From positions 1 through 20,825 of the forward strand of contig NW_021823941.1 in NCBI RefSeq assembly GCF_006345805.1: a stretch of 20,825 nt of DNA, in the 5' to 3' direction. Positions 1-9,872 of the stretch are shown piece after piece (the first letter of the stretch is position 1; every line of letters starts with the position of its first letter). The position numbers and the translations under genes are program-made. This stretch comes from Octopus sinensis (lineage: Eukaryota). The notes beneath the pieces were generated by a model, which was not told the origin of the DNA, did no database searches, and saw nothing but the letters and a program-made list of their open reading frames with translations.

Positions 1-865
1 CTGTTGACTGGTGCAGTATCAAAAAAAAAAAAAAAAGAGCTCATTGTAACATATGTTTTCAATTTACTCTTTCAGTAAAGGCTGGAAGAAGTGACATTTT
101 TAGCCGTACATTTTTGTTCTATGCAGCTTCGAATCAGCTAGAGTTGATGATGAAGAAGAAATTCCTTTATATAGTTCTCTTCAATTATCGACGTTACTTG
201 CATTGGCAAACTACAAATGCTGCTAAGTGTAATTCTAATTCTGTTATTTTGCTAATGGAAGAAGAAGAATGAAAAAAAAAGAAGCTTTGATAGTTTGTTG
301 CGAATTTAGGTTTATAACATCAATGATTTTATTTTTAATGCTTAGCTGTAGAAACATGCTTTGTCAAATTGGTTTTGTGTTCTCATATTTCAGCAATGCA
401 CAATTCACATAAAACTTTATTCCTAGCGTGTCTTATTTCTCTCACCCAACGGATCAGTCAGTTTTTTATTGTGCTTAGTATAAAAGGGTATTATTTGAGA
501 ACGATCGAGATATATCTTTAGAACAATGCTTGGTTTGTTCAGACTTCCACTATGTGACTGAGTAACAGCTGCGAAAAACCTTCGGGTCGCCCAGAGAACC
601 TTCGTGTGGTCGCTCGATACACTAGAAATAGCAGCCAAAATAGTTATCAGTTTGTTCTCCACCGTTTTAGATAACCAGAGAAACAATCACCCTGCTGGTA
701 ACTCCAGTATAGTTTTTGATAAACACCTTCCATACTACCACAAGGTACATTTCTCCCTAGAAACCAGCACTGTTTCCAAAATATGCTACTAACTGCGTCT
801 GTTCACCAGTTTTCCTATCCCGGATCCAATCATTCTGGAAAATGTACGAATATCTTTACAACGCA

Positions 866-1094
866 TTACTCTTTACTCTTTTACTTGTTTCAGTCATTTG
901 ACTGCGGCCATGCTGGAGCACCGCCTTTAGTCGAGCAAATCGACCCCGGGACTTATTCTTTGTAAGCCCAGTAGTACTATTCTATCGTCTCTTTTGCCGA
1001 ACCGCCTAAGTGACGGGGACGTAAACACACCAGCATCGGGGGACAAACACAGACACACAAACACACACCACACACACACACACACACCACACCA

Positions 1095-1127
<33 letters not shown>

Positions 1128-1303
1128 ATATACATATATACGACAGGCTTCTTTCAGTTTCCGTCTACCAAATCCACTCACAAGGCATTGGTCGGCCCGG
1201 GGCTATAGCAGAAGACACTTGCCCAAGATGCCACGCAGTGGGACTGAACCTGGAACCATGTGGTTGGTTAGCAAGCTACTTACCACACAGCCACTCCTGC
1301 GCC
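866..1303 (-). mobile_element. tRNA-derived SINE, family A, near full length
   Basis: Minus strand reads GGCGCAGGAGTGGCTGTGTGG (A-box-like), GGTTCAGTCCC (B-box-like), a CORE-like CTTGGGCAAGT, an internal (TA)/(TG) microsatellite and a GTAAA(A)GA-repeat tail; near-identical to 2184-2583, 14802-15163 and 19726-20123. Confidence 0.9.
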
Positions 1304-1548
1304 TATTATTTTAAATTACCAAAGTATTTTGAATTTATAATTCAGTTTAAAGGATATAGAAAATTCATTTTGAATTTATGAAGTAAATATTTTAAAACAT
1401 TAATTTGCACATCTGATGGCTTTGAACAGTTTGTCTTCTGTGCATGTAATGAAACTGGTAGCGCTGTAGCAGCTATTGTAATTAGTAATGATCACTAATG
1501 AAATCATTAATCCTTAATGACATTGTCTGTCATCCTCTCGGAGTTAAT

Positions 1549-1810
1549 TAAATAAGTACCTGTTAAGCGCTGGAATCGATGTAATCGACTTAACGCTCTC
1601 CCTTAAAATAGCTGACCTTGTCTCAAAAATGGATTAGCATGATATTTTGGGGGAGGGGGCTAGTCGATTACAGTGACCCCCAAGTGCTCAACAGGTACTT
1701 TATTTATCGACCCCGAAAGGATAGAAAGCAAAGTAGAGACCTCGACGGAATTTGAATTCAGAATGTTAAGCCGGAAGAAATACCGTCAAGTATTTTGTCC
1801 GTGTGCAACC
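1549..1810. mobile_element. Two diverged family C SINE fragments, tail-to-tail (about 1549-1630 on +, about 1643-1810 on -)
   Basis: AAGTACC...TCGATGTAATCGACTT on + and GGTACTTTATTTATCGACCCCGAAAGGAT (reverse of the family core) match the copy at 12207-12428. Confidence 0.7.
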
Positions 1811-1995
1811 TTAGTATTTAATAGATTAATAGCGTATCATTGTCTTGTTCCGCGACACAATTTGTACGCACATTCGCTACGGAAATAGTAACAAAATGTA
1901 TCAAATTTATAAGAAAAAAATAAGGGTTCAACAAAAGAGAAATTAAAGGAAATTTTGATGGATCTTAGTATAAACCATCGAGCGTTTGAGTTCTC

Positions 1996-2037
1996 ACTAC
2001 CGACGAGCCTACAACTGATAGGCGAAACTAGTTTAGT
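1996..2037 (+). ncRNA. Minimal type I hammerhead ribozyme motif (U4C core variant)
   Basis: Stem I ACTA/TAGT; core CCGACGA 2000-2006; stem II GCCTA/TAGGC with 7-nt loop; GAAA 2024-2027; palindromic stem III ACTAGT; triplet GUU ending 2033. Confidence 0.75.
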
Positions 2038-2183
2038 CTAGTGATCCTAGAGACTCTCATGGGGCGGTTATCTCCCCCGTCATTGTATATATATATATAT
2101 ATGTTGCGCGCTTCTTACAGCATTAAAAGTTTTAAATTCTGGCACCCTCGGTCACAAATAGTGACGATAAAATTTTTACTTTA

Positions 2184-2583
2184 CTCTTTACTCTTTTACT
2201 TGTTTCAGTCATTTGACTGCGGCCATGCTGGAGCACCGCCTTTAATCGAGCAACTCGACCCCGGGACTTATTCTTTTATAAGCCCAGTACTTATTGTATC
2301 GGTCTCTTTTGCCGAACCGCTAAGTGACGGGGACGTAAACACACCAGCATCGGTTGTCAAGCAATGCTAGGGGGACAAACACAGACACACAAACACACAC
2401 CCGCATATATATATACATATATACGACAGGCTTCTTTCAGTTTCCGTCTACCAAATCCACTCACAAGGCATTGGTCGGCCCGGGGCTATAGCAGAAGACA
2501 CTTGCCCAAGGTGCCACGCAGTGGGACTGAACCCGGAACCATGTGGTTGGTTAGCAAGCTACTTACCACATAGCCACTCCTGC
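2184..2583 (-). mobile_element. SINE family A, full length, inserted in the hammerhead repeat
   Basis: Same head, body and tail as 866-1303; its flanks rejoin to match the uninterrupted second repeat copy. Confidence 0.9.
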
Positions 2584-2735
2584 ATATAATATATGGTATT
2601 ATATTGCGCTTGGCTGTTTAAATCAATTTTTAATATACGCATTAGCATTTCGCTCAATCAACCATTTATTTTTGTGGTGAAAATATATACACTGAGAGTC
2701 GGATTTACCCAAACTGTTGAACGTTTGAGTAGTCA

Positions 2736-2777
2736 CTACTGATAAGCGCCTACGACTGATAGGCGAAACTAGTCTAG
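2736..2777 (+). ncRNA. Minimal hammerhead motif, second tandem copy (G8A change and 2-nt insertion)
   Basis: CTA-CTGATAA-GC-GCCTA(cgactga)TAGGC-GAAACTAGTC-TAG; triplet GUC ending 2774. Confidence 0.65.
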
Positions 2778-2943
2778 CCTAGTGATCCTAGAGACGCTCG
2801 TGAGGCGGTTATCTCCTCTGTCGGCGTATATATATTACGCGCTTTATTTCTTGCAATATAAGGGGCTCGGCGCGCTCATTCACAATTAGTGATGTTAAAA
2901 TGTTTACTTTATGGTATTATATTGCGCCCCTAGCTGTTTATAT

Positions 2944-2974
<31 letters not shown>

Positions 2975-2982
2975 GCCTAGCG

Positions 2983-3045
2983 TCTTCTAACATTTGATGA
3001 GACGACGTGTCGTACTCGCCTACGAAATTTTGGGTCATGTGAAGA
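2983..3045 (+). ncRNA. Decayed hammerhead motif of a different family
   Basis: Stem I TCTTC(ta)ACAT / ATGT-GAAGA brackets TTGATGA (2994-3000), GAAA (3024-3027) and GTC (3034-3036); stems II and III are imperfect. Confidence 0.5.
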
Positions 3046-3119
3046 GCCAGACTGGTATTAAACAAAAAACGTGACTTTTACGAAATGTGTTGAGAGTTAC
3101 TTTCTTTTGGTTGATCACT

Positions 3120-3122
<3 letters not shown>

Positions 3123-3160
<38 letters not shown>

Positions 3161-3213
3161 TGTGTGTGTATGTGTGTGTGTGTGGAGAGAGAGAGAGAGA
3201 AAGAAAGAGAGAG
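3123..3213. repeat. Compound (GT)n-(GA)n microsatellite
   Basis: Directly visible. Confidence 0.95.
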
Positions 3214-3324
3214 GGAGGTGGATAAACGAGAGAGATTTATACGCTTGTTTTCATTTAAACTTCATTATAAGAGAATGTATATAAGTATATATCCGCAGAA
3301 ATGTGACAAAAAAGAACTTTTTTT

Positions 3325-3890
3325 TGTAAATATAATTTGCATCGTCACGACATAATGTCCAACAATAGTCAGCCATCTTGCTTTCATTCCAGAATCTTTG
3401 ATTGCTAGCTTCTATGGATTTTAATATCTCTCCTCGTTCATCATCAACGGCACAAATATATTTAGGAGAGAAATCTAGTTGTGAATGTGAAAAAATGTAA
3501 TTTAAGAGAGATCTGATAAGCCATACCTTTGAGAGCCTCAAATAGATTGTTAAACTCTATTTCGAAAAGAAAATCTGTAATTTCCTAAGAAGATAACACA
3601 GAACCATTTGAAGGCATGCCAAGCTTTAGACTCAGGTACTAAGGGCGTTGTACCAAATGTCTTATCTTTTAATACCCTTCGGTTCTATAAAACTGTTTCT
3701 TCTTCATTTTTGAAGGAACTGATTGCAGAAATATTTCTGGAAGAAAATAATATTCCTTTGAACTTTTTTTCATTATTCACAACCTTAAATATTTTCATTA
3801 AACCAAGCTCTCTATGAAGAGATGGCAAAAATATTTTCTTTTGAAACTATTAAAATGTTACTTCTTCCGGTGACACACGAAGGCCAGGTC
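3325..3890 (-). pseudogene. Fossil DNA transposase fragment, Chapaev3-like
   Basis: Broken frames give KIFLPSLHRELGLMK, WHAFKWFCVIFLGN and SHSQLDFSPKYICAVDDERGE...WNESKMADYCWTLCRD, matching the recalled LPPLHIKLGLMK / HLDFFP..GAVSDEQGE / MADYCW motif order; the superfamily name is from memory. Confidence 0.75.
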
Positions 3891-4136
3891 AGCTATTTTC
3901 TTTATAATGGTTTCAAATGTTGGTACAAGGCCAGGGATTTTCTTACCACACAGCCACTTCTGCGCCTGTATACACTTTTAGGTTTGTAGTAATTTGTCAC
4001 CACTATATTATAAAGTGAAACAACCATATAAACATATTAAATAATGTTCTGGGGGAGCTTTATATTTTCTGGACATGTTAATAATTTCGTTGGGATGTAC
4101 TATAATAGTAAAAGAAAAATATATTTGTTAGAATTA

Positions 4137-4527
4137 ATGGATGGAAGCACTCCGTCGGTTACGACGACGAGGGTTCCGGTTGATCCGAATCAACGGAACA
4201 GCCGGCTCGTGAAATTAACGTGTAAGTGGCTGAGCACTCCACAGACACGTGCACCCTTAACGTAGTTCTCGGGGATATTCAGCGTGACACAGAGAGTGAC
4301 AAGGCCGGCCCTTTGAAGTACAGGTACAACAGAAACAGGAAGTAAGAGTGAGAGAAAGTTGTGGTGAAAGAGTACAGCAGGGATCACCACCACCCCCTGC
4401 AGGAGCCTCGTGGAGCTTTTAGGTGTTTTCGCTCAATAAACACTCACAACGCCCGGTCTGGGAATCGAAATCGCGATCCTATGACCGCAAGTCCGCTGCC
4501 CTAACCACTGGGCCATTGCGCCTCTAC
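4137..4527 (-). mobile_element. tRNA-derived SINE, family B, tail type 1, with 12-bp TSD
   Basis: A-box TGGCCCAGTGG and B-box-like ATTTCGATTCCC on minus; TTGTTAGAATTA duplicated at 4125-4136 and 4528-4539. Confidence 0.9.
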
Positions 4528-4718
4528 TTGTTAGAATTATATAGCGGATGACTAATCATAATTATGCATTTATTAGAATATTTAAAGATCAGAAAAACCC
4601 AATTTGTGTCTTAGATAGGTAAATGAAACCGCTCCCGCTAAAATTGGGCATATCTTGAAAAATATAAGCGCGAAGGAAATACTCAAAATAAATTTGATAT
4701 CAATGTAAAATAAAAAAT

Positions 4719-5098
4719 AACAAGAGGACCCAGAGAGCGCAAACCTCCGCCAAGGCAACACCAACGTCCTCTCAACGATTAGCCGGAGATGATTTTTAAA
4801 ATGAAAATATCCGAAATAAACACGACTGCTCTCACAAACGAGAATAGTAAAAATGAACCCGACCGCTCTCAAAAATTAAGTAAAAAAGCAGGAATAATAA
4901 TCCAGAATCCTTGTCCGGCAGCGGATCGATCGAAAAATCTAACCAGTTCGTGCCAGACACGAGGCCAAACATCCCTGAAAGTTTCATCCGAATCCATCCT
5001 GTGGTTCTTGAGATATCTGGTCCACTGACAAACAAACAAACAAACAAACAAACATGTCTGAAAACAATACCTCCGTCTTCGCTAAGGCGGAGGTAATA
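4719..5098 (-). mobile_element. Non-autonomous Helentron-type (HINE/DINE-1-like) element
   Basis: Subterminal inverted repeats ACCTCCGCC (4743-4751) and GGCGGAGGT (5086-5094); a nearby partial copy ACCTCCGTC (5069-5077) forms a terminal hairpin; internal (CAAA)n; A/T-run flanks with no evident TSD. Confidence 0.75.
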
Positions 5099-5101
5099 AA
5101 A

Positions 5102-5303
5102 AAGGCGGCGAGCTGGCAAAATCGTTAGCTCAGCGGCATTCCGTCTGCCTGTACGTTCTGGGTTCAAATGCCGCCGGGGTCGACTTTGCCTTTCATCCTT
5201 TCCGGGTCGATAGAATAAGTATCACTTGGACATTGTGGTTGATCTAATCGACTTAGCCCCTCTCTTAGAAATTGTTGACCTTGTGCCAAAACTGGAAACC
5301 AAT
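5102..5303 (+). mobile_element. SINE family C (Nin/Deu-like core), diverged
   Basis: AAGGCGGCGAGCTGGCA head, GGGTTCAAATGCC B-box, GACTTTGCCTTTCATCCTTTCCGGGTCGATA core. Confidence 0.85.
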
Positions 5304-5394
5304 ATCAAAGCAAAAAAAAAAAAAAATACTTAAAATACATGGAGAATAATTTCTAATGAGAATTACTTGTTGAACTGTGTGTTGTCTAAGTTTA

Positions 5395-5876
5395 ATATTA
5401 CAAGGGCTGAATCAGTGTATTACCGCTCTTGCTGCCAATATGAAAAAAAAAAGCTTTGAATCAATGCTACGTTTGTTCGTAACCAAAAGTAAAATAAAAC
5501 CACAAACACAGCATTGTACATTTTCCAACACTGCGTGAACAGAAACCAGAATCAATGGTGGAATATGCTACAGAGTATTTCAATCTTTTGGATCAATTTC
5601 AAAAGATGTTTCGAGATTTATAAAATCATGAGTTCCAGCTACGTATATGTGAAGTTCTTTTTGATGTAATGCCAGATGAAGCTCCCGATTCCTTGCGACT
5701 CGAGTTAATTCATTTAAAATCGGATAAATTGAATAGTTTATCTATTTTGGATTTTTTTATAAATCCTATTTAGATATCGAAAAATACCTATTTTTGTATC
5801 ACCGTTTTCTTTTTTTTTTTTCTGCTGCTGCTTACCAATATGAACTACTTTTTCCCCCCAGCGTAAAATTTACTCA
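5395..5876 (+). pseudogene. Fossil hAT transposase C-terminal region (Charlie/SPIN/GTF2IRD2-like)
   Basis: Broken frames: LQGLNQCITAL, FESMLRLF, HFPTLREQ, LLDQFQKMFRD, PDSLRLELIHLKSD, then AAYQYEL..SVKF resembling the STYxCExxFSxMK dimerisation motif. Confidence 0.75.
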
Positions 5877-6664
5877 GTGGAGGCACATGGCCTAGTGGTT
5901 AGAACAGCAGACTCGCGATCGAAGGATCGCGGGTTCGAATCTCAGACCGGGCGATGTGTGTATTTATGAGCGAAATACCTAAGCTCCACGCGGCTCCTGC
6001 AGAAGGTAATGGCGAACTTCTGCTGACCCTTTCGCAGCAACTTTCTCTCACTCTTTCCTCTTGCAGCTCACCTGCGTCGGACCGTATCACCGTTTTTTTT
6101 CCTGCTGCTTACCAATATGAACTATTTTTTTTTTATCCCCAGCGTAAAATTTACTCAGTGGAGGCACATGGCCTAGTGGTTAAAGCAGCGGACTCGCGGT
6201 CGAGGGATCGCGGGTTCGAATCTCAGACCGGGCGATGTGTGTATTTATGAGCGAAATACCTAAGCTCCACGCGGCTTCGGCAGAAGGTAATGGCGAACTT
6301 CTGCTGACCCTTTCGCAGCAACTTTCTCTCACTCTTTCCTCCTGCATTTTGCAGCTCACCTGCGACAGACCGTATCACCGTTTTTGGGGGATTTTTTCTG
6401 CTGCTTACTAATATGAACTATTTTTTTTTCCCAGCGTAAAATTTACTCAGTGGAGGCACATGGCCTAGTGGTTAGAGCAGCGGACTCGCGGTCGAGGGAT
6501 CGCGGGTTCGAATCTCAGACCGGGCGGTGTGTGTATTTATGAGCGAAACACCTAAGCTCCTCGGGGCTCCGGCAGAAGGTAATGGCGAACTTCTGCTGAC
6601 CCTTTCGCCGCAACTTTCTCTCACTCTTTCTTCCTGCATCTTGCAGCTCACCTGCGACGGACCG
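5796..6664 (+). repeat. Tandem triplication, 288-bp period (hAT flank plus 5' part of a family B SINE)
   Basis: GTATCACCG unit starts at 5796, 6084 and 6372; SINE heads start at 5877, 6158 and 6450. Confidence 0.92.
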
Positions 6665-6751
6665 GCATCCCGTCCAGGTGGGGAACCTATACGCCAAGAA
6701 AACCGGGAAAGCGGCCCTTATGAGCCAGGCATGACTCGAAAAGGAACAAAC
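6450..6751 (+). mobile_element. tRNA(Arg)-like SINE, family B, tail type 2, with 12-bp TSD
   Basis: TGGCCTAGTGG A-box, CTCGC anticodon-like loop, GGTTCGAATCT B-box, (AACA) tail; AAAATTTACTCA at 6438-6449 and 6752-6763. Confidence 0.92.
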
Positions 6752-7134
6752 AAAATTTACTCAACAACCACACGCATGCCTCAGTGGAGCTACACACAAG
6801 AACCCTTTGTGGTATTTAGTTCTTAGTTCGAATCCTGCTAAGGTAGAATTAATCTCTCATTCTTTGAGAGACGATAAATGAAAGCGCCAGTTAAATACTG
6901 GGATCGATACGATTGACCATATCCTTTTACCAAAATTTGGATCCATGTATCTATGTTAAAAATCAATCTTGCAAACGAACTAAGAATATTCGCATCAACA
7001 GTTCCTCATCTTATATCTCTGAACTTTCCAATAACTCTATGCAAAACACTATCGACTTTCTATCCAAAACACTTTCTAAAGCAGAACCAACCTTCTTATT
7101 AAAACGCACAAGAAATTTCGAATTCGAGTGTGTT

Positions 7135-7590
7135 TTATCTGTTACTTGTTTTACTCAGTGAATTGGGGCCATACTGGGGCACCGTCTTGAAGGGTTTCAA
7201 TTAAATGAGCCGGCTCCAGTACTTTTTTTAAAGGCTGGTTCTTATTCTATCGAATCCCTTTTATTTTTTTATTACCCACAAGGGGCTAAATATAGAGAGG
7301 ACAAACTAGGACAGACAAGGGGATTAAGTCGATTACCTGATAAACTAAGTACCAGTTGCGTACTGGGGTCGATCTAATCGACTGGCCCTATCCCCAAAAA
7401 TTCGGGCCTTGTGCCTAGCGTAGAAAAGATTATAAACCATACCTTTACGTCCTGAGTTCAAATTTCGCCGAGTTCGATTTTACCTTTCATCCTTTCGGGT
7501 CGATGAAATAAATACCAGTTGGGCATTGGGGGTCGATGTAACTGATTTATCCCTACCCCGAAATTGCTGGCTTTGTGTCAAAATTGAACC
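7135..7590. mobile_element. Cluster of SINE fragments: family A tail (-), family C tail (-), two family C fragments (+)
   Basis: GGCCATACTGGGGCACC; ACCCACAAGGGGCTAAA; AAGTACCAGTTGCGTACTGGGGTCGATCTAATCGACT; GAGTTCAAATTTCGCCGAG..CCTTTCATCCTTTCGGG. Confidence 0.75.
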
Positions 7591-7712
7591 ACCCGTAAAA
7601 GTAGGGCGTGTGATTGCCAACAGCCATGTCATAGTTTCGCTGTCACTGTTCAGTAGAGTAGGTCAGACCTATGTCCAAAGACACGGTATAACTCAAACTA
7701 TATTTGATAAGA

Positions 7713-8013
7713 GTGGAGGCACATGGCCTAGTGGTTAGAGCAGCGGACTCGCGGTCGAGGGATCGCGGGTTCGAATCTCAGACCGGGCGATGTGTGTGTT
7801 TATGAGCGAAACACCTAAGTTCCACGCGGCTCCGGCAGAAGGTAATGACGAGCTTCTGCTGACTCTTTCGCCAAAACTTTCTCTCACTCTTTCCTCCTGG
7901 ATCTTGCAGCTCACCTGCAACGTACCGGCGTCCCGTCCAGGTGGGGAACCTATACGCCAAGGAAACCGGGAAACCGGCCCTAATGAGCCAGGCATGGCTC
8001 GAGAAGGAACAAA
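7713..8013 (+). mobile_element. SINE family B, tail type 2, full length
   Basis: Colinear and highly similar to 6450-6751. Confidence 0.92.
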
Positions 8014-8029
8014 TATATTTGCTTCTGTC

Positions 8030-8147
8030 GGTCAAGCACTGTAGAAGAAGACACATTCCCTATGTACCAAGCAAAGGGATTGAACCCTGAATCCGAAACC
8101 ATGCGGCTGGAATGCAAACTTCTTACCACACAGCCACACATGCGCCT
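8030..8147 (-). mobile_element. Old family A SINE head fragment
   Basis: TAGAAGAAGACAC..GGGATTGAACCC..CTTACCACACAGCCAC..GCGCCT. Confidence 0.6.
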
Positions 8148-8203
8148 ATGTGTTATACAAAATTTCCATCACTAATTTTGTCTTTTTATTATAAACCGTA
8201 CTT

Positions 8204-9675
8204 GATAAATTAAGTACCAGTTGCGTACTGATGTCGATCTAATCTACTGGCCCCTCGCTCAAAATTTCGGGCCTTGTGCCTGGAGCAGATAAGATTATAA
8301 ACCATACCTTTACGTCCTGAGTTTAAATTCCGCCGAGTTCGATTTTGCCTTTCATCCTTTCGAGTCGATAAAATAAATACCAGTTGGATATTGGGGTCGA
8401 TGTAACTGATTTATCCCTACTGGCCCCCTCCCTCAAAATTTCGGGCCTTGTGCCTAGAGTAGAAAAGATTATAAACCATACCTTTACGTCCTGAGTTTAA
8501 ATTCCGCCGAGTTCGATTTTGCCTTTCATCCTTTCGAGTCGATAAAATAAATACCAGTTGGATATTGGAGTCGATGTAACTGATTTATCCCTACTGGCCC
8601 CTCCCTCAAAATTTCGGGCCTTGTGCCTAGAGTAGAAAAGATTATAAACCATACCTTTACGTCCTGAGTTTAAATTCCGCCGAGTTCGATTTTGCCTTTC
8701 ATCCTTTCGAGTCGATAAAATAAATACCAGTTGGATATTGGAGTCGATGTAACTGATTTATCCCTACTGGCCCCTGTCTCAAAATTTCGGGCCTTGTGCC
8801 TAGAGTAGAAAAGATTATAAACCATACCTTTACGTCCTGAGTTTAAATTCCGCCGAGTTCGATTTTGCCTTTCATCCTTTCGAGTCGATAAAATAAATAC
8901 CAGTTGGATATTGGGGTCGATGTAACTGATTTATCCCTACTGGGCCCCTCCCTCAAAATTTCGGGCCTTGTGCCTAGAGTAGAAAAGATTATAAACCATA
9001 CCTTTACGTCCTGAGTTTAAATTCCGCCGAGTTCGATTTTGCCTTTCATCCTTTCGAGTCGATAAAATAAATACCAGTTGGATATTGGGGTCGATGTAAC
9101 TGATTTATCCCTACTGGCCCCCTCCCTCAAAATTTCGGGCCTTGTGCCTAGAGTAGAAAAGATTATAAACCATACCTTTACGTCCTGAGTTTAAATTCCG
9201 CCGAGTTCGATTTTGCCTTTCATCCTTTCAAGTCGATAAAATAAATACCAGTTGGATATTGGAGTCGATGTAACTGATTTATCCCTACTGGCCCCCCCCT
9301 CAAAATTTCGGGCCTTGTGCCTAGAGTAGAAAAGATTATAAACCATACCTTTACGTCCTGAGTTTAAATCCGCCGAGTTCGATTTTGCCTGTCATCCTTC
9401 GAGTCGATAAAATAAATACCAGTTGGATATTGGGGTCGATGTAACTGATTTATCCCTACTGGCCCCCTCCCTCAAAATTCGGGCCTTGTGCCTAGAGTAG
9501 AAAAGATTATAACCATACCTTTACGTCCTGAGTTTAAATTCGCCGAGTTCGATTTTGCCTTTCATCCTTTCGAGTCGATAAAATAAAATACAGTTGGAAT
9601 TGGGGTCGAGTAATGATTTATCCCTAATTTCGGGCCTTGTGCCTAGAGTAGAAAAGATTATAAGCTATACCTTTA
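8204..9675 (+). repeat. Satellite array of about 173-bp units derived from family C SINE body (8 units plus lead-in)
   Basis: Junction GATTATAA at 8293, 8467, 8640, 8813, 8987, 9161, 9334, 9505 and 9656 (periods 174, 173, 173, 174, 174, 173, 171, 151). Confidence 0.95.
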
Positions 9676-9872
9676 CAATATATCTATTGTTCTCCCTTTT
9701 CTCTCTTTTTTTTAAGCGGTAGAGAGTGTTTGTGAGAGATTTGGCAGCTATTTCATGCTGATCTCGCACAACAGAGGAATGGAACTTGGAAAGGAAACTT
9801 AATAAAACGTGACATGGCATCGATTTCTGTGTTTCATTGATATCTTGACAAACGAGCATGTTTTTCTCAGCA

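Larger units (their letters stand above)
1975..2940 (+). repeat. Diverged tandem direct repeat (monomer about 331 nt) with a hammerhead motif in each copy; copy 1 interrupted by a SINE
   Basis: CGTTTGAGT..CACTAC..GCCTAC.ACTGATAGGCGAAACTAGT.TAG.CTAGTGATCCTAGAGAC..GGCGGTTATCTCC occurs at about 1983-2075 and 2722-2816; TTTACTTTA|TGGTATTATATTGCGC is contiguous in copy 2 but split at 2183/2594 in copy 1. Confidence 0.85.

Noticed and set aside
1-860. Possible decayed coding sequence (TTNAA-like word near 210; ORF 423-686)
   Set aside because: Many stops and no ordered motif set I can recognise; needs BLASTX.
994-2573. Similar ORFs ending RSGTEPGTMWLVSKLLTT, suggesting a gene family
   Set aside because: They are antisense translations of family A SINE copies.
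5877-5950. tRNA-Arg-like genes at family B heads
   Set aside because: No proper acceptor stem, and they continue into a SINE body, with TSDs in complete copies.
8204-9675. CRISPR-like array
   Set aside because: Whole units are near-identical with no unique spacers, and no cas genes are present.
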